A stretch of 64,000 nucleotides of DNA from Gnetum montanum (lineage: Eukaryota > Plantae > Gnetophyta). Each line of letters opens with the position of its first letter. Position 1 is the stretch's first letter. The translations under genes were made by a program, and so were the position numbers. Positions 13,771-27,993 of this stretch are shown one piece after another. The stretch is from NCBI GenBank assembly GCA_015680685.1, contig MNCI01002347.1, forward strand, positions 378,906 to 442,905, written 5' to 3'. A model generated the notes under the pieces. It made no database searches. It saw nothing but the letters and a program-made list of their open reading frames with translations, and was not told where the DNA came from.

Positions 13771-14495
13771 TAACAAGAAATTAGCTTATCATCAACCAAC
13801 GTTCCCTAAGCAGTACCCTCGTTAAGCATTATAATACTAGAGCTATGAACACTTACTCTAAAAAATTGTCCCTTAGTGATATAATGTATTGTGCAATAAT
13901 GTTCTCAACATTAACTTATGTTTTCCATTGGTTCTCATCCTTGGACTTACCATTGGACAACAACTTAGCCTACAAAATCTCCCACAACACTAACATTGAC
14001 AAACATCAATGCACTCATAGTCAAATTGCTTAATCTACTTTATTACCCTTGGTGATAGAGCCAATCAACATTTACATTATTAATGATCTCAACAACATTA
14101 CCAGCATAGTCACTAATAACAATACAACTAATACTACTATTGAATGAATAACCCTTACCATAGAAGCTCATTTCGATTAACGATATACTTTTGTATGGTT
14201 GATTTTATTATTATATCTTTGTAATACCTAGATAGAAATTAATTTGCTTAATATAAATTTAAAGAATGTTTTCTCATAGTCTTGAGTAGTAAAAATGTTA
14301 ATAAGATACTAAAGAATAAATAGATGATGGGTCCATCAAATTCACATACTAAAAAAGAGTATGTAAGCAATGTAGTAGCCTTAGGATGAGATGTTGTTAC
14401 ATCTACAATTCTATGTAGGTAAGGATTATGGTGCCAACCTTGATTTTCTTAAATAGCATTTTGAAGTGAAGAGGGGGTGTATAAGATAATGAAAA

Positions 14496-14655
14496 GTTAG
14501 CCTAATAATAAGACTTTTAATTTGAAAACTTCAAGTTATGGATTCAATTCCCATATTAAGTTATAAAATAATGAAGCATTAGCCTAGTAGTAATACTCTT
14601 GATTTGAAAGTGCCAGACCATGGATTCAATTTTGGTAGGTAATCTTGAGTTATAA
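14496..14655 (+). repeat. Two tandem degenerate tRNA-like units with pol III A/B-box-like motifs
   Basis: TAGCCTAATAATAA...GGATTCAATTCCC (14498-14552) and TAGCCTAGTAGTAA...GGATTCAATTTT (14580-14633), each followed by agttataaaat. Confidence 0.5.
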
Positions 14656-15124
14656 AATTCTAATTGGACTATATATCTTAGATGTACAATTATTTTGGGG
14701 TCCCAATAGTAAGTTATAAAGTTTTAAAAGTATTTAGAATTAAGATGTATCTTGTAAATATAGTGCCCTAGAGAAGCGTCACTTAGCATCACCTAAGAGT
14801 CCCAAAGTAGACAAATGTTCTAGAGTGGACTATACCTTAACATCTTCAAGAACCTTCTAACATATTATAATTACACAACTTATATGGCACACATTAGTCC
14901 ATAGTTAGAAGCATTGTGAGGATGCCTTTATAATCATATAAGTGATCAAACCAATGTAACACATACAACATACTCAAAAGTGTTGATTTTTTAGAGTAGA
15001 AGACAATAATTTTTTTGTTTTTATTATACAATAAGAGTTTATTTTAATAAAATATAAGAAATTTTTAGATTGATGGGTAGTTGTAATGTTATTTTTTCCC
15101 CAAGGTTCTTTTTGTCATTAGGGT

Positions 15125-15410
15125 TATATTGTATTATTTTTAGTAAACGTTTCCCCATTAGTCACACACACATACATCCAAGCATCTATTGAAAATTTAT
15201 ATCATGGAATCATCAAGATGATTTCAACATGTATTTTACTATTTCATTATCAATTCATCAATCTTTCATCAATTCATTAATTCATCAACATTCATTAACA
15301 CTATTTATCATTATTTACTCAATCTTCAAAGTTGAATAGTTAGAATTGGGGAAATTCACTATTTTGATCATATCTCAGTTATTTGATAACATTTTTTAGT
15401 GATTCCAACT
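15125..15410 (+). repeat. Dispersed repeat, copy 1 (homologous to 32473-32720)
   Basis: Shared tatattgtattatttt-agtaaac, atccaag, ggaatcatcaa and catcattatttactcaatctt blocks in the same order. Confidence 0.75.
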
Positions 15411-16654
15411 TACTGGAAAGCTAGAAAGGTGGCTATGTGTAGCTAAACTTTCAATTCAGTATTTATTGCAACTTCAAAAAAAATTAGCTCTACAATTTGG
15501 CAGATTTTTTGAATCCTAAATTTTTATTAAGATGAATGATGGTTAATGATTAAATTATTTCTCCATCATCACACAATGATTTGATGTGATATTAGATTTA
15601 TTATAAATTTAATAGCTATGGAAAGGTTTAGTTAAAATTTTAGCATCAGAAACTTAACAACTTTTAAGTTACTATCTTTCAAAGTTGCACTACAAGAGTT
15701 GTTGGGATGTTTGATAGTTTGAAAAAAACATAACATATCCTAAGATTATAGATATCTTTTGTAGTGCTTATTTTTTAAAATTATAGATAACTTCCTAAGA
15801 TTTTCAAAAATACAAATTTTATTAGCTGATTTTTTGTGAAGTTAAGATAACTAAGAAATTCTTTCACTACCTAAAATCCCTTCAAAAAGCGCTAACATAC
15901 ATGTAGGAACATCATTTCTTAACAAAGCTAAGATGTGTTCATACTCTAATGCATCTATCCCTAAGTGTTTCTTTGTAGATAAGGGTGATGGCTCGAGCAT
16001 TAGAGCCAAAGATCCTCCATAACCCTACATATGCTTGTGAAAAAATACACAAGGAATTAATGCCATGTAGTTTTTTAGTGATGAGTAAGATAACATGGAA
16101 ATTGTAAGGAACTCTCTACTTCTTCCAAACCTTATTTTGGTAGGAAATAAATCATTGAATCACCAACAAGGCATACTATTTATACTACTGGCGCATCCAC
16201 CCCCACCCCCACCCCCCACCCCCACTTGAAAGAAGTGATATCCTTGAAGCGTATGTCTTTGTTAATACGCTTTTCAATTATGGAAAGCAAAGTGGGTATT
16301 GAGGGTATTAAGCAATCCAAAGACTATCCAATAATTATAGATAAGAAGGTTCAATAGCTAGGATCATCAACCATAAATCATGAATGTTAAAATCAAATTA
16401 ACATTCAATCAAGACATAAGAATGCTCATGCAACCTAAGTCAAAAAAGAAAAGGCTTTTCATCTTACATGAAAATAATATTAAACTAAATTGGAGAAAAA
16501 TCTACTTTCTTTACATATAAATTATTTTCTCTACCTCTAGTAGTTATGTAGGAGTGTAGAGTTAATTCTATAATGGAAATCATCTTCAGGAAATTCCCCC
16601 ATTTAAATAATATTTGTGCTTTCTTCTTGGAGACATAATGGAAATTTTTATTTT

Positions 16655-16898
16655 ATACTTAAAGTCATAGTCAAAGAATGCATGCTCCTTACTTAGAGTT
16701 ATAATAGAAATTTGTGCTTCCTACTTGAAGTCATAATCAAAAGCATATGCTTCCTACTTGAAGTCATAATTTAAAACCATTTCTTCCTACTTAGATTCAT
16801 CATCAAGAACTTGTGCTCCTTACTCCAAGTCATGATTAAGAACACGTGCTTTCTGCTAGAAGTCAACATTGAGAGCATGTACTCTTTGCTTGAAGTCA
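16655..16898. repeat. 33-bp minisatellite, ~7-8 diverged units (tacttgaagtcataatcaaaagcatatgcttcc)
   Basis: Periodic tactt..agtcat recurrences about every 33 bp. Confidence 0.85.
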
Positions 16899-17974
16899 CT
16901 CCATCATACTCTTTATTTTCACACACTCATGTACATGCACCCTTACCCTTGTTTTTATTTTCTCTTTGAGTCTCTTTTTTTTCTTTTCTTTCTTTTTTTA
17001 TACATACATACAACCATACATACTAATGCTTCAAGCCATCTAGAAAGTAGTAATATAAAACTAGTGATATTCCATCCTCTTTGGCATAAAATATATTAGT
17101 AGAGAATTTGATTGTCCACCTTCCAATGAGGTGGTTAACATAAAATTACATTTCACATTCGTTATAATAGTCAACAAAGTGATTAGCATTGAAAATAATC
17201 TTTGCTAAAATCTCTCACAAAATAAGAACTACTATATAAAAAATGTTCATAGGTAACCAACAAAATCATACCATATGGATAGATGATAATCTTACTAAGT
17301 CCTTCACCATATTAGATGTTAAACATGGGAGAAAGGTGATGAATATAGAGATTTATCCATCACAATCACCACTCTTTCAAGAGTACTATCATATATTCCA
17401 ATTTCATCAATTTTAAGTTAATAAATAAAGCACATAAGTACTTTTATTTTTGAGCATTAATAATTTAGTAATCATGCATCTTGTTGTTTGACATGGGGAT
17501 GAACAACCATTCATATTTGGGACAACTACTTATTAAGTTAAATCAAATCCTAAAAGAGGAAAACTTGAATAAAGAACCAAGATATTGAAACATCTAGAAA
17601 TCTTCATACTTAAATTTTCCATCCAAGAATAAGAACATTGGGGATACTTCCCTCAAACATGAGATTTGTAAATATAATAATTTGAAACATTGTCAATTCA
17701 ATTTTATGAATTTTGAGCTAACCCATGTAGCCATACTTAACAAAGGATTCATGGATGAGATTCCAAGTGTTACTACATGATGAGTAACAAAGTAGATCTT
17801 ATGCCCAATCTTATGGATCATAGGCACTCATGCATGACCTAGTCAAATTCTATAGAGTAGACTAGCATGGATATCTAGATAGCTAGACTATTGGTAATAA
17901 GTCGTTGTCTTTCCAATCATCCTTATGTGGCCTTAGTGCACATGGTTAAGTGTGATTGAGGCATATGATATTGA

Positions 17975-19000
17975 TGTTGTATTTGAAACACCGCCAAATT
18001 TGGGCAACATGAGATAAGTTTACCAAGTGTTATGCTATGCTCTCATTGTGCCTACTATGATTTGGAGTGTAGCTAGTGTAGCATGAAACTCATGACTAGG
18101 TCTACAAAATTTTCCAAGTGTCAAAAACTATTTGCAAAAATGTTTCTAAGTGTCCTGCTATGCTCCCATTCCTCCTACTACACTCTTTAGCATAGCAAGC
18201 GTAGCAATAGTTTGGTGGCCCATTTGCACTAGTGTTAAGCTAGAAGTTGATAAGCTAGCTCAACATGGAAGAAGCATTTAGTAGATCTAACTCCTGAAGC
18301 TACCCCTCCTACTACGCTCTCAAGTGTAGTTGGCATAGCAAGAACAAGGACTGCAATTTTTGCTAGATTTTTCTAAGTGTCCATGCTACACCTTGTCTCA
18401 TCTTTCCACGCTTGTGAGCATAACAGCATTGGACTTTAGTATTTTGCAAAATTTGGCTAACTATTGGGCTATGCTCCAGAGTGTAGCTAGCGTAGCAACA
18501 TGGAACTACCTCCAAAAGCTTCTAGAGCTCAGCACAAGCCTTCATTCTAGCTCCACCACTCTTTTGGCAAGTAGGATCAACAACTTGCACTTTCTTTACA
18601 TCCCTCTATGTCCCAAAATTGTACCTATGCTTGATCCCACTTGAAAGAGGGTAGAGTGTGGTCCCAGAGCATAGCCTCCAAATTGCACTATTTTGCACTA
18701 TTTGTAGGTACATTGTGCACTTGGCACATGCGATCTTGGCAGCGTAGCCACAGTTTAACAGTCTCTTGGGGTCTAGTGGAGCATGCCAAAGCGTAGCACC
18801 AGGTTGCTCCAATGGGTGCATAGCAAAGGTCAGTGTAGCTCCACCTACCCCTTTGCCATGTGGCACTCAATCCGCACTTCACGCTAATCATAAGCCTATA
18901 AATACCCTCGCATTTCATACTCTAGGGGTTGACAATTCATTCTAGCAGTGGGCATTTGAAGCATTTGGTTAGCAAATCCAAGTAGCAATTGGCATTTTAG
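17975..19000 (+). promoter_or_regulatory. LTR-like promoter region of element B with dense AGCGTAGC-type motifs and TATA box CCTATAAATA (~18895-18904)
   Basis: More than 15 copies of agcgtagc / agtgtagc / agcatagc and reverse complements upstream of the TATA box. Confidence 0.6.
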
Positions 19001-19367
19001 AGTACCACTTAACAGCTGAGGCACCTTGAGCAACTTGCGCACTGGAGCATATCAACACCTTGGTAAAACCTTTGCATCCCATTTAGCATCGTAGCGTACT
19101 ACAACCTGTAGGACACTGTGGCAGCCAGCCCAGCAGGCATAGACTCCATAGAAAATGTGAGTCTTCATCCTAGGATCCCCTAGAGATTGTCGCTACACCA
19201 CTACTATGCTTGCCGTACATCGCATACCTTATGAAAGCTCATTTGTAATTGCTATGCTCCCCATCTAGGGTGGTACCATTATTTCTCTCAATATCCATTG
19301 CATTTTAAGCATTCTCTTTGACATTCACTTTGGTGCAATAGTAAGCATAGGAGCATAGTAACGTCTA

Positions 19368-22300
19368 ATGGCAAGCATCTAATGTCGCTCCTTCACAATC
19401 TCAACCATCTGCCCTCTTTGAGGTAGCAACGTCTCCCCTGTCACCGCCTAATTCGATGCCTATTGTGGCAAGCCATCAAGTGCATATGCATTAGGGTGTA
19501 GGATCATCTGTCATCCCACTCTTTGTGGTCTCAGTACAGTCCATGCAATCCTCTATGTTGGTATCCATGATGCCAACCCAGCCTTACATGCACACGATGC
19601 TGACATCTCAACCACATATGAGTTAGGTGTCATACATCCCACCTGTCTCTGTGGTGCCCCCTACAATAGCCCAAGCCACAACCACATCGTGGGGTCCTAC
19701 CATTATGCCCTAGGCACAACACACACAACCGTAGCATGCGCAACAACCTCTATAATAGTACACTCAATAGGCATCCTATGTGGTTGCATAGCTTATAGCA
19801 GGACCATGGACCATGTCAACAGCATAGCAAATTGCACAATCAACATAGCCCGCTACACCCACACTAAACATGGATCAAGCATTCCAACTCATCTAGACAC
19901 TTACTGAAGAGGTCAAATGGCTTAAAGCCACCTCTTCTGATACAGTCCAAGTGATGGACTTCTACCAGGATGACCCTATTAGTAGTGTTGTCCCATCACT
20001 AACCTTTCCTAGTTTACTAAATATAATAGTAAAGGGGACCCCCATGTCCATCTAGTGACCTTCTAATCTAAGTGCCTTTTGTTGCAGGCATAGCCACATG
20101 TGATCATTCACATGTTCGTCATGTTCCTAATCAGCAAGGTGCTAGATTGGTATTGTGCACTCCCTAGGGCCTCCATATCTTCATTAGAGAATTTACTTAG
20201 CCAATTTGTCACTCGCTTCAAGTACAAATTGAAGTCTAAGGTGACCCTGGATCAACTCATGTAGATCAAGTAGGGCCACTTAGAGCCTGTTCAAAAGTTC
20301 ATACAAGGATGGAGAACTACACTTAATGAAATTTGTGAGCCTATCGTGGAAACTCACCTACTGGCCATGTTCAAAGGCATAGTGAATGACTTCATTAAGT
20401 CAAAGCTATACTATCTTGCCCTGCACTCCCTAATCCAATCATTTTCTCAAATGAAGAGCATTTAGGATGCAATGGAATCCAGTAAGGATTTAACCTACAT
20501 GACCTAAAAGAATGCACACATGAAGAAAGATAAGGAGAAGGGCAAGGCAACAACAACAGTTGCAGTGGTGGCCAATGAGTTCAAGCCTAGCAATGCCAAA
20601 CCAATAGCTTTAGGCAACCAAGGCAATCAGCTCTAGCACTATGGTGACCAACCAACCTGCACCATTAATGGCCATGGGGAAAGCTACCCCAAGGCCAAAA
20701 TTTGAGCACAAGTATTTCTTAAAGTATACACCATTACCCATCAAGCTGTCAGAACTTTTGGATCAGCTGCTTAGTGTTGGGTGCATTTAGTACAAGAAAA
20801 TGTTTGAAGATGTTCATAAGCATCATGATTGCTACTATGAGCTCCTCAAAAACCCATCAGCAGCCACACTAGAAGAGCCTCTAGTCCTAAACACTTTAGG
20901 TTGGACCAATTTTTCCATTATCATTAATTTCCTGGCCATGACATGGACTTTTTCATGGCCTTACGGGATGACATACAACACATGATTGACCAAGGCCAAC
21001 TGGTTCATGAATCAACCAACCCAGTTCACCTAGAAAATCAATTAATGAAGGTATACAAAGATCCTCTCAACACAAGTAGCATAGGCTATGTAATCAATGC
21101 TATTAGCATGGACAATGACGTAGGATCGACACAAGAGCCATTTGTGGTTTGTATGCCCTCTGATAGCATTGGGTGGCATCAATAGTCCAAGGATCTCTTT
21201 TGTTATCAAAGCACCACCTCGAGCGATCATGGCACCCTTTGTGGTTACGGACCCATAGCACATTGCTGTGACTACAAGCCAAACATCCTTTTCATTAGGG
21301 TGCTGCAATGTGTGGGCCCTTCGCTAAGTTCAGTGGTGGGGATTGCAACAGGCCTTGTTCTCTTGAGGCCTCATCTTACATACAACACTAGGCAGTCAAT
21401 GTGGTAGCCCAGGAGGATAAACGAGTGTCTTGTTGACCAAATGATGAGGGAATGTATGGTGTTAAGTCTACCTAAGCCTGTCTCCTTATCTATTGTTCCT
21501 ATGGCCACATTAGCTGAAGCTGCTACCACAAGTGATCAACAACTAAGCATTGAGGTTCACAAGAAGGCAAAACAAAACAAGCCCAAATCTCCTCCCCAAG
21601 AGATCCGCCTCTTGGTTTGCATGGAGGAGATGAAGGCTAACAAGGCAATCGATAGCGATAAGGACTTTCTAGATGCATTGGCACAAGTCAAATAGGCTCT
21701 CAAACAAAAAATACAACCTTGAGCCTGTACAACTTGGTGATAACCTCCTCTGCTCATCACGAAGCACTACTTTTCATGTTAGCCTCCATTCCTGTCAAGG
21801 AGGATTCCCTAGTTGATGAACAAGCCATCCACACTATGATGCTTCCTCCTTCACCTCAAGAATCAGGTTCAATGCCTCTAGCATTTCATGGTGAGGCAAT
21901 CAAGGTTGACCCTAAAAAGGGTTAGGTCACCATTGCATCGATGTTTCTAATTATTTTCTTAGGGCAATGCAAGATTTGCAGGGTGCACATTGATGACAGG
22001 GTAGCAACTAACATCATCCCATTTCCAGTTATTGACAAGCTTGATGTTGTCGACCAAATCCAGGCCACAAAGACAACATGCCTCAAGTCCTTTAACAGGT
22101 CATGCGTTGTCGTGAAGGGAATAATCACAATAGCCTTCGTGGCAGGGGAGTAATTCCCCACTATGACTAAATTCATTATCATTAAGGAGATGCTTGGGTT
22201 CAACCTAATTTTGGAAAGGCCCTAGTTAGCCTAATTATGAGCCATCTCCTCACCCATTCACCAAGAGATCCACCTTTTGTACGAAGGTGGAGAAGTGATC

Positions 22301-22588
22301 ATACATGGTGACAACTTGGTCCCTCTCATCATCAACAACATTGACACAGACCAAGGGTTCGAGGTAGAGTTCCCTAATGACACATCGCTCATGAAATATA
22401 AGAGTCAACCTTGTTTGGCAGACCCATCCAAAGAGCCAAAAGAGGCTGATACTCTTCTCGATGAAGCTCTATGGGTAGAACTACCCTTTAGCATCAACGA
22501 TGAGGGTATAGGTGAAGACCTCCTCATGCTACCCAAGCCCTATGCATCCCCTAACCCACATCAAGTTAGGAAGAAACTACATAACTAA
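19368..22588 (+). pseudogene. gag: gag-protease ORF of element B
   Basis: MDFYQDDPISSVVPSLT...GDPHVHL...LDWYCALPRASISSLE (~19954-20200), FHYH*FPGHD knuckle (~20910-20945) and VHIDDRVATNII (~21983-22020). Ends QVRKKLHN* at 22588. Confidence 0.85.
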
Positions 22589-22829
22589 GGTACTCCCTTA
22601 GTTTAGCATGTGCTAGGTGCCTACTTGCCCTTAATTTTTGCATGCCTCGTTAGCCTTTTACTTGCATAGCTATATTCCACGTGGTTTCTTGCGTTTTACA
22701 TTATTTTCTTTGTTACATGTTCATTTCTTTTGCTTATGCATTTTCATTTAGTCTTTTTACACATTAGAAAAACATTAAAATGCATAAAAATCAAAAAATT
22801 TAAAATTGTAAAAAATATATATGCCCCAT

Positions 22830-23345
22830 CATGGCCTTAAAATGGCATCACATGGCCTAAAAAGGCCTTAAATTAGTGCATGGCCTAAAACTAGTAGTCT
22901 TTTTCCATTCAACACATGGCCTGGACAGGCCTTAAACTATTGCATGGCCACCATGGCCTTAAACTAGCATTGCATGACCCGAAAAGGCCTTAAACTATTG
23001 CATGGTCTGCCATGGCCTTAAACTAGCATTGCATGGCTTGCCATGGCCTAAAAATGGCAACCTTTTAATTGTAATGGCCCGAAAAGGCCTTAAACTAGTG
23101 TACAGCCTACTATGGCCTAAAATTGACAACCTTTTCATTATGATAGTCCAAAAAGGCCTTAAACTAGCACACAGCCTACCATGGCCTTAAATTGTCACCT
23201 TGTAGCCTGCCATGACCCAATACTGACAACATTTTCATTTTTACTCATGGCCCAAAATGGTCTTAAACTAGCAATTTCCATGGCTTAAAATGGCCTTAAA
23301 CTAGCAGTAGCCCTTCTGCCATGGCCTTAAACTAGAATGGGGTCC
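22830..23345 (+). repeat. Tandem array of ATGGCCT.../GGCCTTAAACTAGC units
   Basis: Roughly 15-20 imperfect copies of ggccttaaactag / catggcct. Confidence 0.9.
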
Positions 23346-23534
23346 ATGAGGGGCCTAATTGCATCAACTAGTTACATTAACCACATTAAATAGGTAGTAA
23401 AATAAATATGAAGTTTCACACACCATCCTCATTGCAAAACGCATAAGTTTTATTATATTTCTATCAGTAGGAGTACATAGCATGACCATGTGAAAAAAAT
23501 GGCCAAAGTGCAAAATTTCCTAACAATAGGGCTA

Positions 23535-26500
23535 CATTAGGTTGGCTCAGCTGGTGGTGTCTGGTGAGGATTGAGGTTCCTCTTCCTCCTCCACTGCTAC
23601 TCCGCTAGGGCTTGCGGTAGTGCCTAGTGCCTACTCCAAAGCAATGTGAAACAAAAAATTCATCAGCAAATACAAAACTACAATACAAAATTAACACACA
23701 AAACTGACACATAAAAGCATAAAAAATGAAAGAAAAACTAACTCAAGAGGGGACTATGGGGGAAATCTATCAAGGCCCTCCTCTAAGTGTTGGAGAATCT
23801 CGACCTCTAATAATCACATCCAGTCCTTGTGGCTGAAGTCAACATCTGCAAGGATCTTGTCCTCATCCATGGTAGTTCATGGGAGGTTACATAGAAAAGG
23901 TGTTCGTAGAAGTCTCCCCTGAGGGTAAGGTAATCTCTCACTCTAGGGAACCACTAACCACTGTATGCTAAGCAAATAACTCAAAAGCCTAACTTCCGCC
24001 AATTGCCTCAATGAACATCTCAAGGCAACATGCCCTTACAAACTCATCCTTAAGCTACTGTAGATAGGCGTCTCACTCTAGCTTATAGTGGCACTTGTGG
24101 TTTTTCTATGTATGACCCCATTTGCATACCTTTGGGATAAATCTCTTCCACTCCTAATTCTTTTGGGAGAGTAGATCCATCTACAACCTCTATTCGACGA
24201 TCTCCCACATAGCCTTGTTCTTGCCTTGAATTGTGAAACAATATCTGGCGTAATCTATCTCTGATGTTTGCCAAGTACTATCCCTTTGTGCTTGAGCTAA
24301 CAAGAAATCATAATGGGACAAGAATTCCTCGTTCTTTGTGGTTAAGCTCATTACTACCTCCTGGAGCTTGTGCATGCATTTCCATAGGTGCTCATTCGAG
24401 CACCTATATGTCCACAACGCCTTCGCATTGGAAAGCGTACACTTTCTCACCACCTCATACACATGATGAGGCACCTACTCCACCTCAAGGGGATACTTAG
24501 GGATGGCATTCACATGAGCTGCCTGGTTTGGATTCCAATGAAGCTCATAACCTATTAGCATATAATGAACAAACCAATATTAGCAATAGACTAAGCATAG
24601 AATCAGTAGAATAGTTTAAGGAAAATGACATACATATCAAGTTCAAGATTCACCTACTGTATGCAGTCCACCATGTCCTCCATGATGCCTTCCATAAAGG
24701 AAAACTTATTTGGTGTCTCTACCTATGGCTTCATGCAATGGGTAGGCATTAGTGGTGGATCACTGGTAGGAAGGTTTAAGATTGCAATACAACATTACGT
24801 AACACTTAACAATAACTGAGTAGTTAAAGGCTTAGGTGCAAAAAGGCTAGAGTACATGGTAACACGAAGTGCTCATTGAGCAAGCCATCAAATGTTAGTG
24901 TGGGTGGATCTCCCAGCTGCACACTATCGAAAAGGTTGGCAAAGTCACCCTCATGGTGGAACAACCCCTTCACATCAAACTGTTTGGAGATCTCCGGGGC
25001 TTCTAGTGGTTCCTCCCTATGAGCTACCTCCTCTTCAACTTAAGGAGGTGTCATATTTGTGGTCCTTGCTATTGCCATTGCTACTTCCATGGTAGCCCTC
25101 TTGCCTAACCCACAAACATAGTGTAGTAGTATTAGCATAAAAACAAAATAAAATTAAAACATAAGCTAAATGCATTTGTGATGTACACTAACTTGCAACC
25201 ATCAAAAGGGGTGTGGGTATCTTAAGGTGAACTTTCTTGATGCTTTCTTGTCCAACCATAGGGGGAGTCTCCTTTGTTGGGCATGGCCTCTTAATTTTTG
25301 CCTTGGTGGACCCCACCATCTCCACAATGTATCTCTCCATCCTATTTGCATCCCCAACCATAGTTGGTGGACACTTGCTTGCACTATCACAAGAATAGGG
25401 TGATTGTGGCCTTCCCAGATTTACCTTTGTCATAATTGAATATGACTCCTCAATCTCCTCTGGAGGGTTCTGCACACAAGTGGTGGTGAATAAGTACTTA
25501 ATCCATTGTTGGGATAACTACTTGTGATTCTGCATGACCCTATGCCCACTATCCCTGATCATCAAGAACTTTGCAAGCCTTTGTAGATAGGTTGTGAAGA
25601 ATGTAAAGTGAAAGTGAGACCTCACATGGATGTTGTGGAAAAGCTTGATAATCTCTGCCTACAACCTGATAGTGATAGAGGAGGCCCAGTCAAACCTGGT
25701 GCCCTCCTCTATGACCTCTTGAATCACCCATGCCTGCTCAACCCCAAGGACCTTTCCTTGGGAGAGTAGCTTAGGAAAGGCACGAGGATGAAAAAGAGGA
25801 TAAAGCCTTTGGACCTCAAGCACATGCACATTCTCAACCATGATGCCTTTACGAGAGCAAGTGGTTTCTAGCTACTCTTTGATCTCTTCCCTCTGGTCCA
25901 CCTCTCAGTTGGGCTTATCAATGATTGATGGGCCCTCAGAGGAGAGGCCAAGGAAGTTAGCAAAGAAAGCATCATTAAGGTCTAAGACTACCCTCACTTT
26001 GTGCATGTGAGTGATAAAGCAATGATCCTTGCAGTTGAAGGAGTCAATGATGGTCACCATCTTGGCCATTAGTGTGCTTGGGCTAAGGGCCAAGAAAAGG
26101 TCCATCAACTTAACATGCATAAGCCAGCTAGTTAGAGCATTTGAGACTTGATGGCACAACCACTTTTGTGCCCCCTCTACATCACTGTACTTCATAATGA
26201 GGGTGGCCTCACTATAGCTAGTGGTGATCACTATTACCTCTCCTAAAGCAATGGTAGCTGTAACATAGGGAAATGCAATGTTAGCATCATGTGATTAATG
26301 CATGTGTGAGAATAAGCAATAAAAGTCAAGCCAACATAATGAATACTCATGTGTAACAAACGGTGTGAGTGAAGCAGCAGTGGCACAATAAACGCTCCGA
26401 AGATAGGCTTACTGCTAGCCTATCCCTCATCAAGGAAATCATAGGTCTAGCACTGCTCGAATGCCTTCAAGTACTAGAAGGAGTAGTTCTCTAAGTCCTT

Positions 26501-27993
26501 TCTCACCTGTACAATAACTGCCTCTTGAAAACTCATACTAGAGAAAAATACCTCTAGCATGGTATGGGTTAAAGCGAGAGCCCCTATCTCATCATAAAGT
26601 CCCTCATCATCAACTTTAAACCTGGCATTAGACATCTATAGTTAGTAGTTATCAAATTTAGCATGGCCAATAACAATGAGACATAATGAAAAGTAAGAGC
26701 ACTTACCCTCCGACACAATATATAGTCCCAAGTGGGTTCTGAAAGACTGTATGCATGCGCATGAAAATGAAAAGGGTGTTGCTCTTATTATAACAAGAGA
26801 ACTCCGACATGATCTAGATCTTAGCTAAGGGACAAATGCTCTTGTGACCTAGTCTCAAGCCACCTGCATGATCACCACTAGTCATGGGCTCATCGGACAT
26901 GAATCTTAGTATGTCCTAGTTTTCCCTGGCCAATAGCATCTCAGTAATGACACTTGTAGCCTTCATTGTCAAATGTGATCACATGATCACACTAAAGTAC
27001 TATAATAGGTAAGCTAGAAATTCAGATACCCCTAGCCAAAACCACACTGCTTGATGGCCTAACTTTATGTTGGGTGCAGGCATGTTGGGCACGAGCTTGC
27101 TGATGCAGAATAGAATGTCAATGAGCTCCATGATCATTAAGACAAGCTTCAGTAGCACCCTACAACCACAAGACAGTAAACGAATGTAGCATTAGCACAC
27201 AATAGATTGCATTTTGGCATAAAATATTAACTTATTCTTAGAAAAAATTAGCAAATTTAGCTCAAAATGGCATAATGTAGAAATATATCCTTAAGGTCCC
27301 CCATGGGGCCCTACGAGCATGGGACGTTAATACACATTTGACGTATTGGGGTATAGCATTAACATAACATTAGCATTTTACTTCACATTTGCATCATTTG
27401 CACCAACCTAGTTTGCATGTTCTAACATTCATACGTTCAACTTGCAAAACTAGTAGTCTGGTGAAGCTTTCATGCATTCAAAATTTTGTTTTGTATGAGG
27501 AATTCTTATTACTGGCATTCTTACACTTGGCATTTTTCACATTTGGCATTTCAGTTTTACACTTCGCATTTTTTTAAAATTTTCTCAAAATTTTTCTAAC
27601 TTTGGGCAATGTAGCATGGGATTCGAAAAAAATTCTAAATGTTTGCTATGCTCTTTAGGAAGTGTGGAAAAAAAATCACCAAATTTTCTAACTGCCAACT
27701 TTGCTCACCCAAAATGAGCAAAAAATTAACAAAAAAAAATTTTAACTGTTGAGAGTGTAGCATCCCACCGCATCCAAAAATCGACCAATTTTGCCAAAGT
27801 GTTGGCTATGCTCTTTGGGGAGCATAGCCTCTAACACTTGAACCTCCATCACCATGCTCCTTTCATTGCACTGCTCAGTGCTATCGCATGTTGATGGTAT
27901 GTGTTGGGGTGTTGGACATGGTTGTGGCCTTAGTGAGCGTAGCAAGCATACCTGGTAGTTAGCGATGCTCTCCTCTCCTCCACTTGCACCCAT
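23535..27993 (-). pseudogene. Multi-exon antisense accessory gene of element B (homolog of 1089-6566)
   Basis: Short first exon MGASGGEESIANYQ with CAG|GTATGC donor at 27951, and acceptor TTGTAG| at 27160 homologous to A 2961. Further A-rich (+ strand) intron tracts at ~26640-26706, 26260-26350, 25105-25190, 24550-24635 and 23637-23745. Shares protein blocks with A. Confidence 0.75.

Noticed and set aside
17080-17700. Possible aRH remnant on the minus strand (MFLFLDGK..., ANHFVD)
   Set aside because: Too eroded; motif spacing could not be confirmed by eye.
22830-23345. CRISPR-like appearance of repeat arrays (also 32255-32437, 16655-16898)
   Set aside because: Repeats are degenerate, the spacers resemble each other, there are no cas genes and the context is a eukaryotic retroelement.
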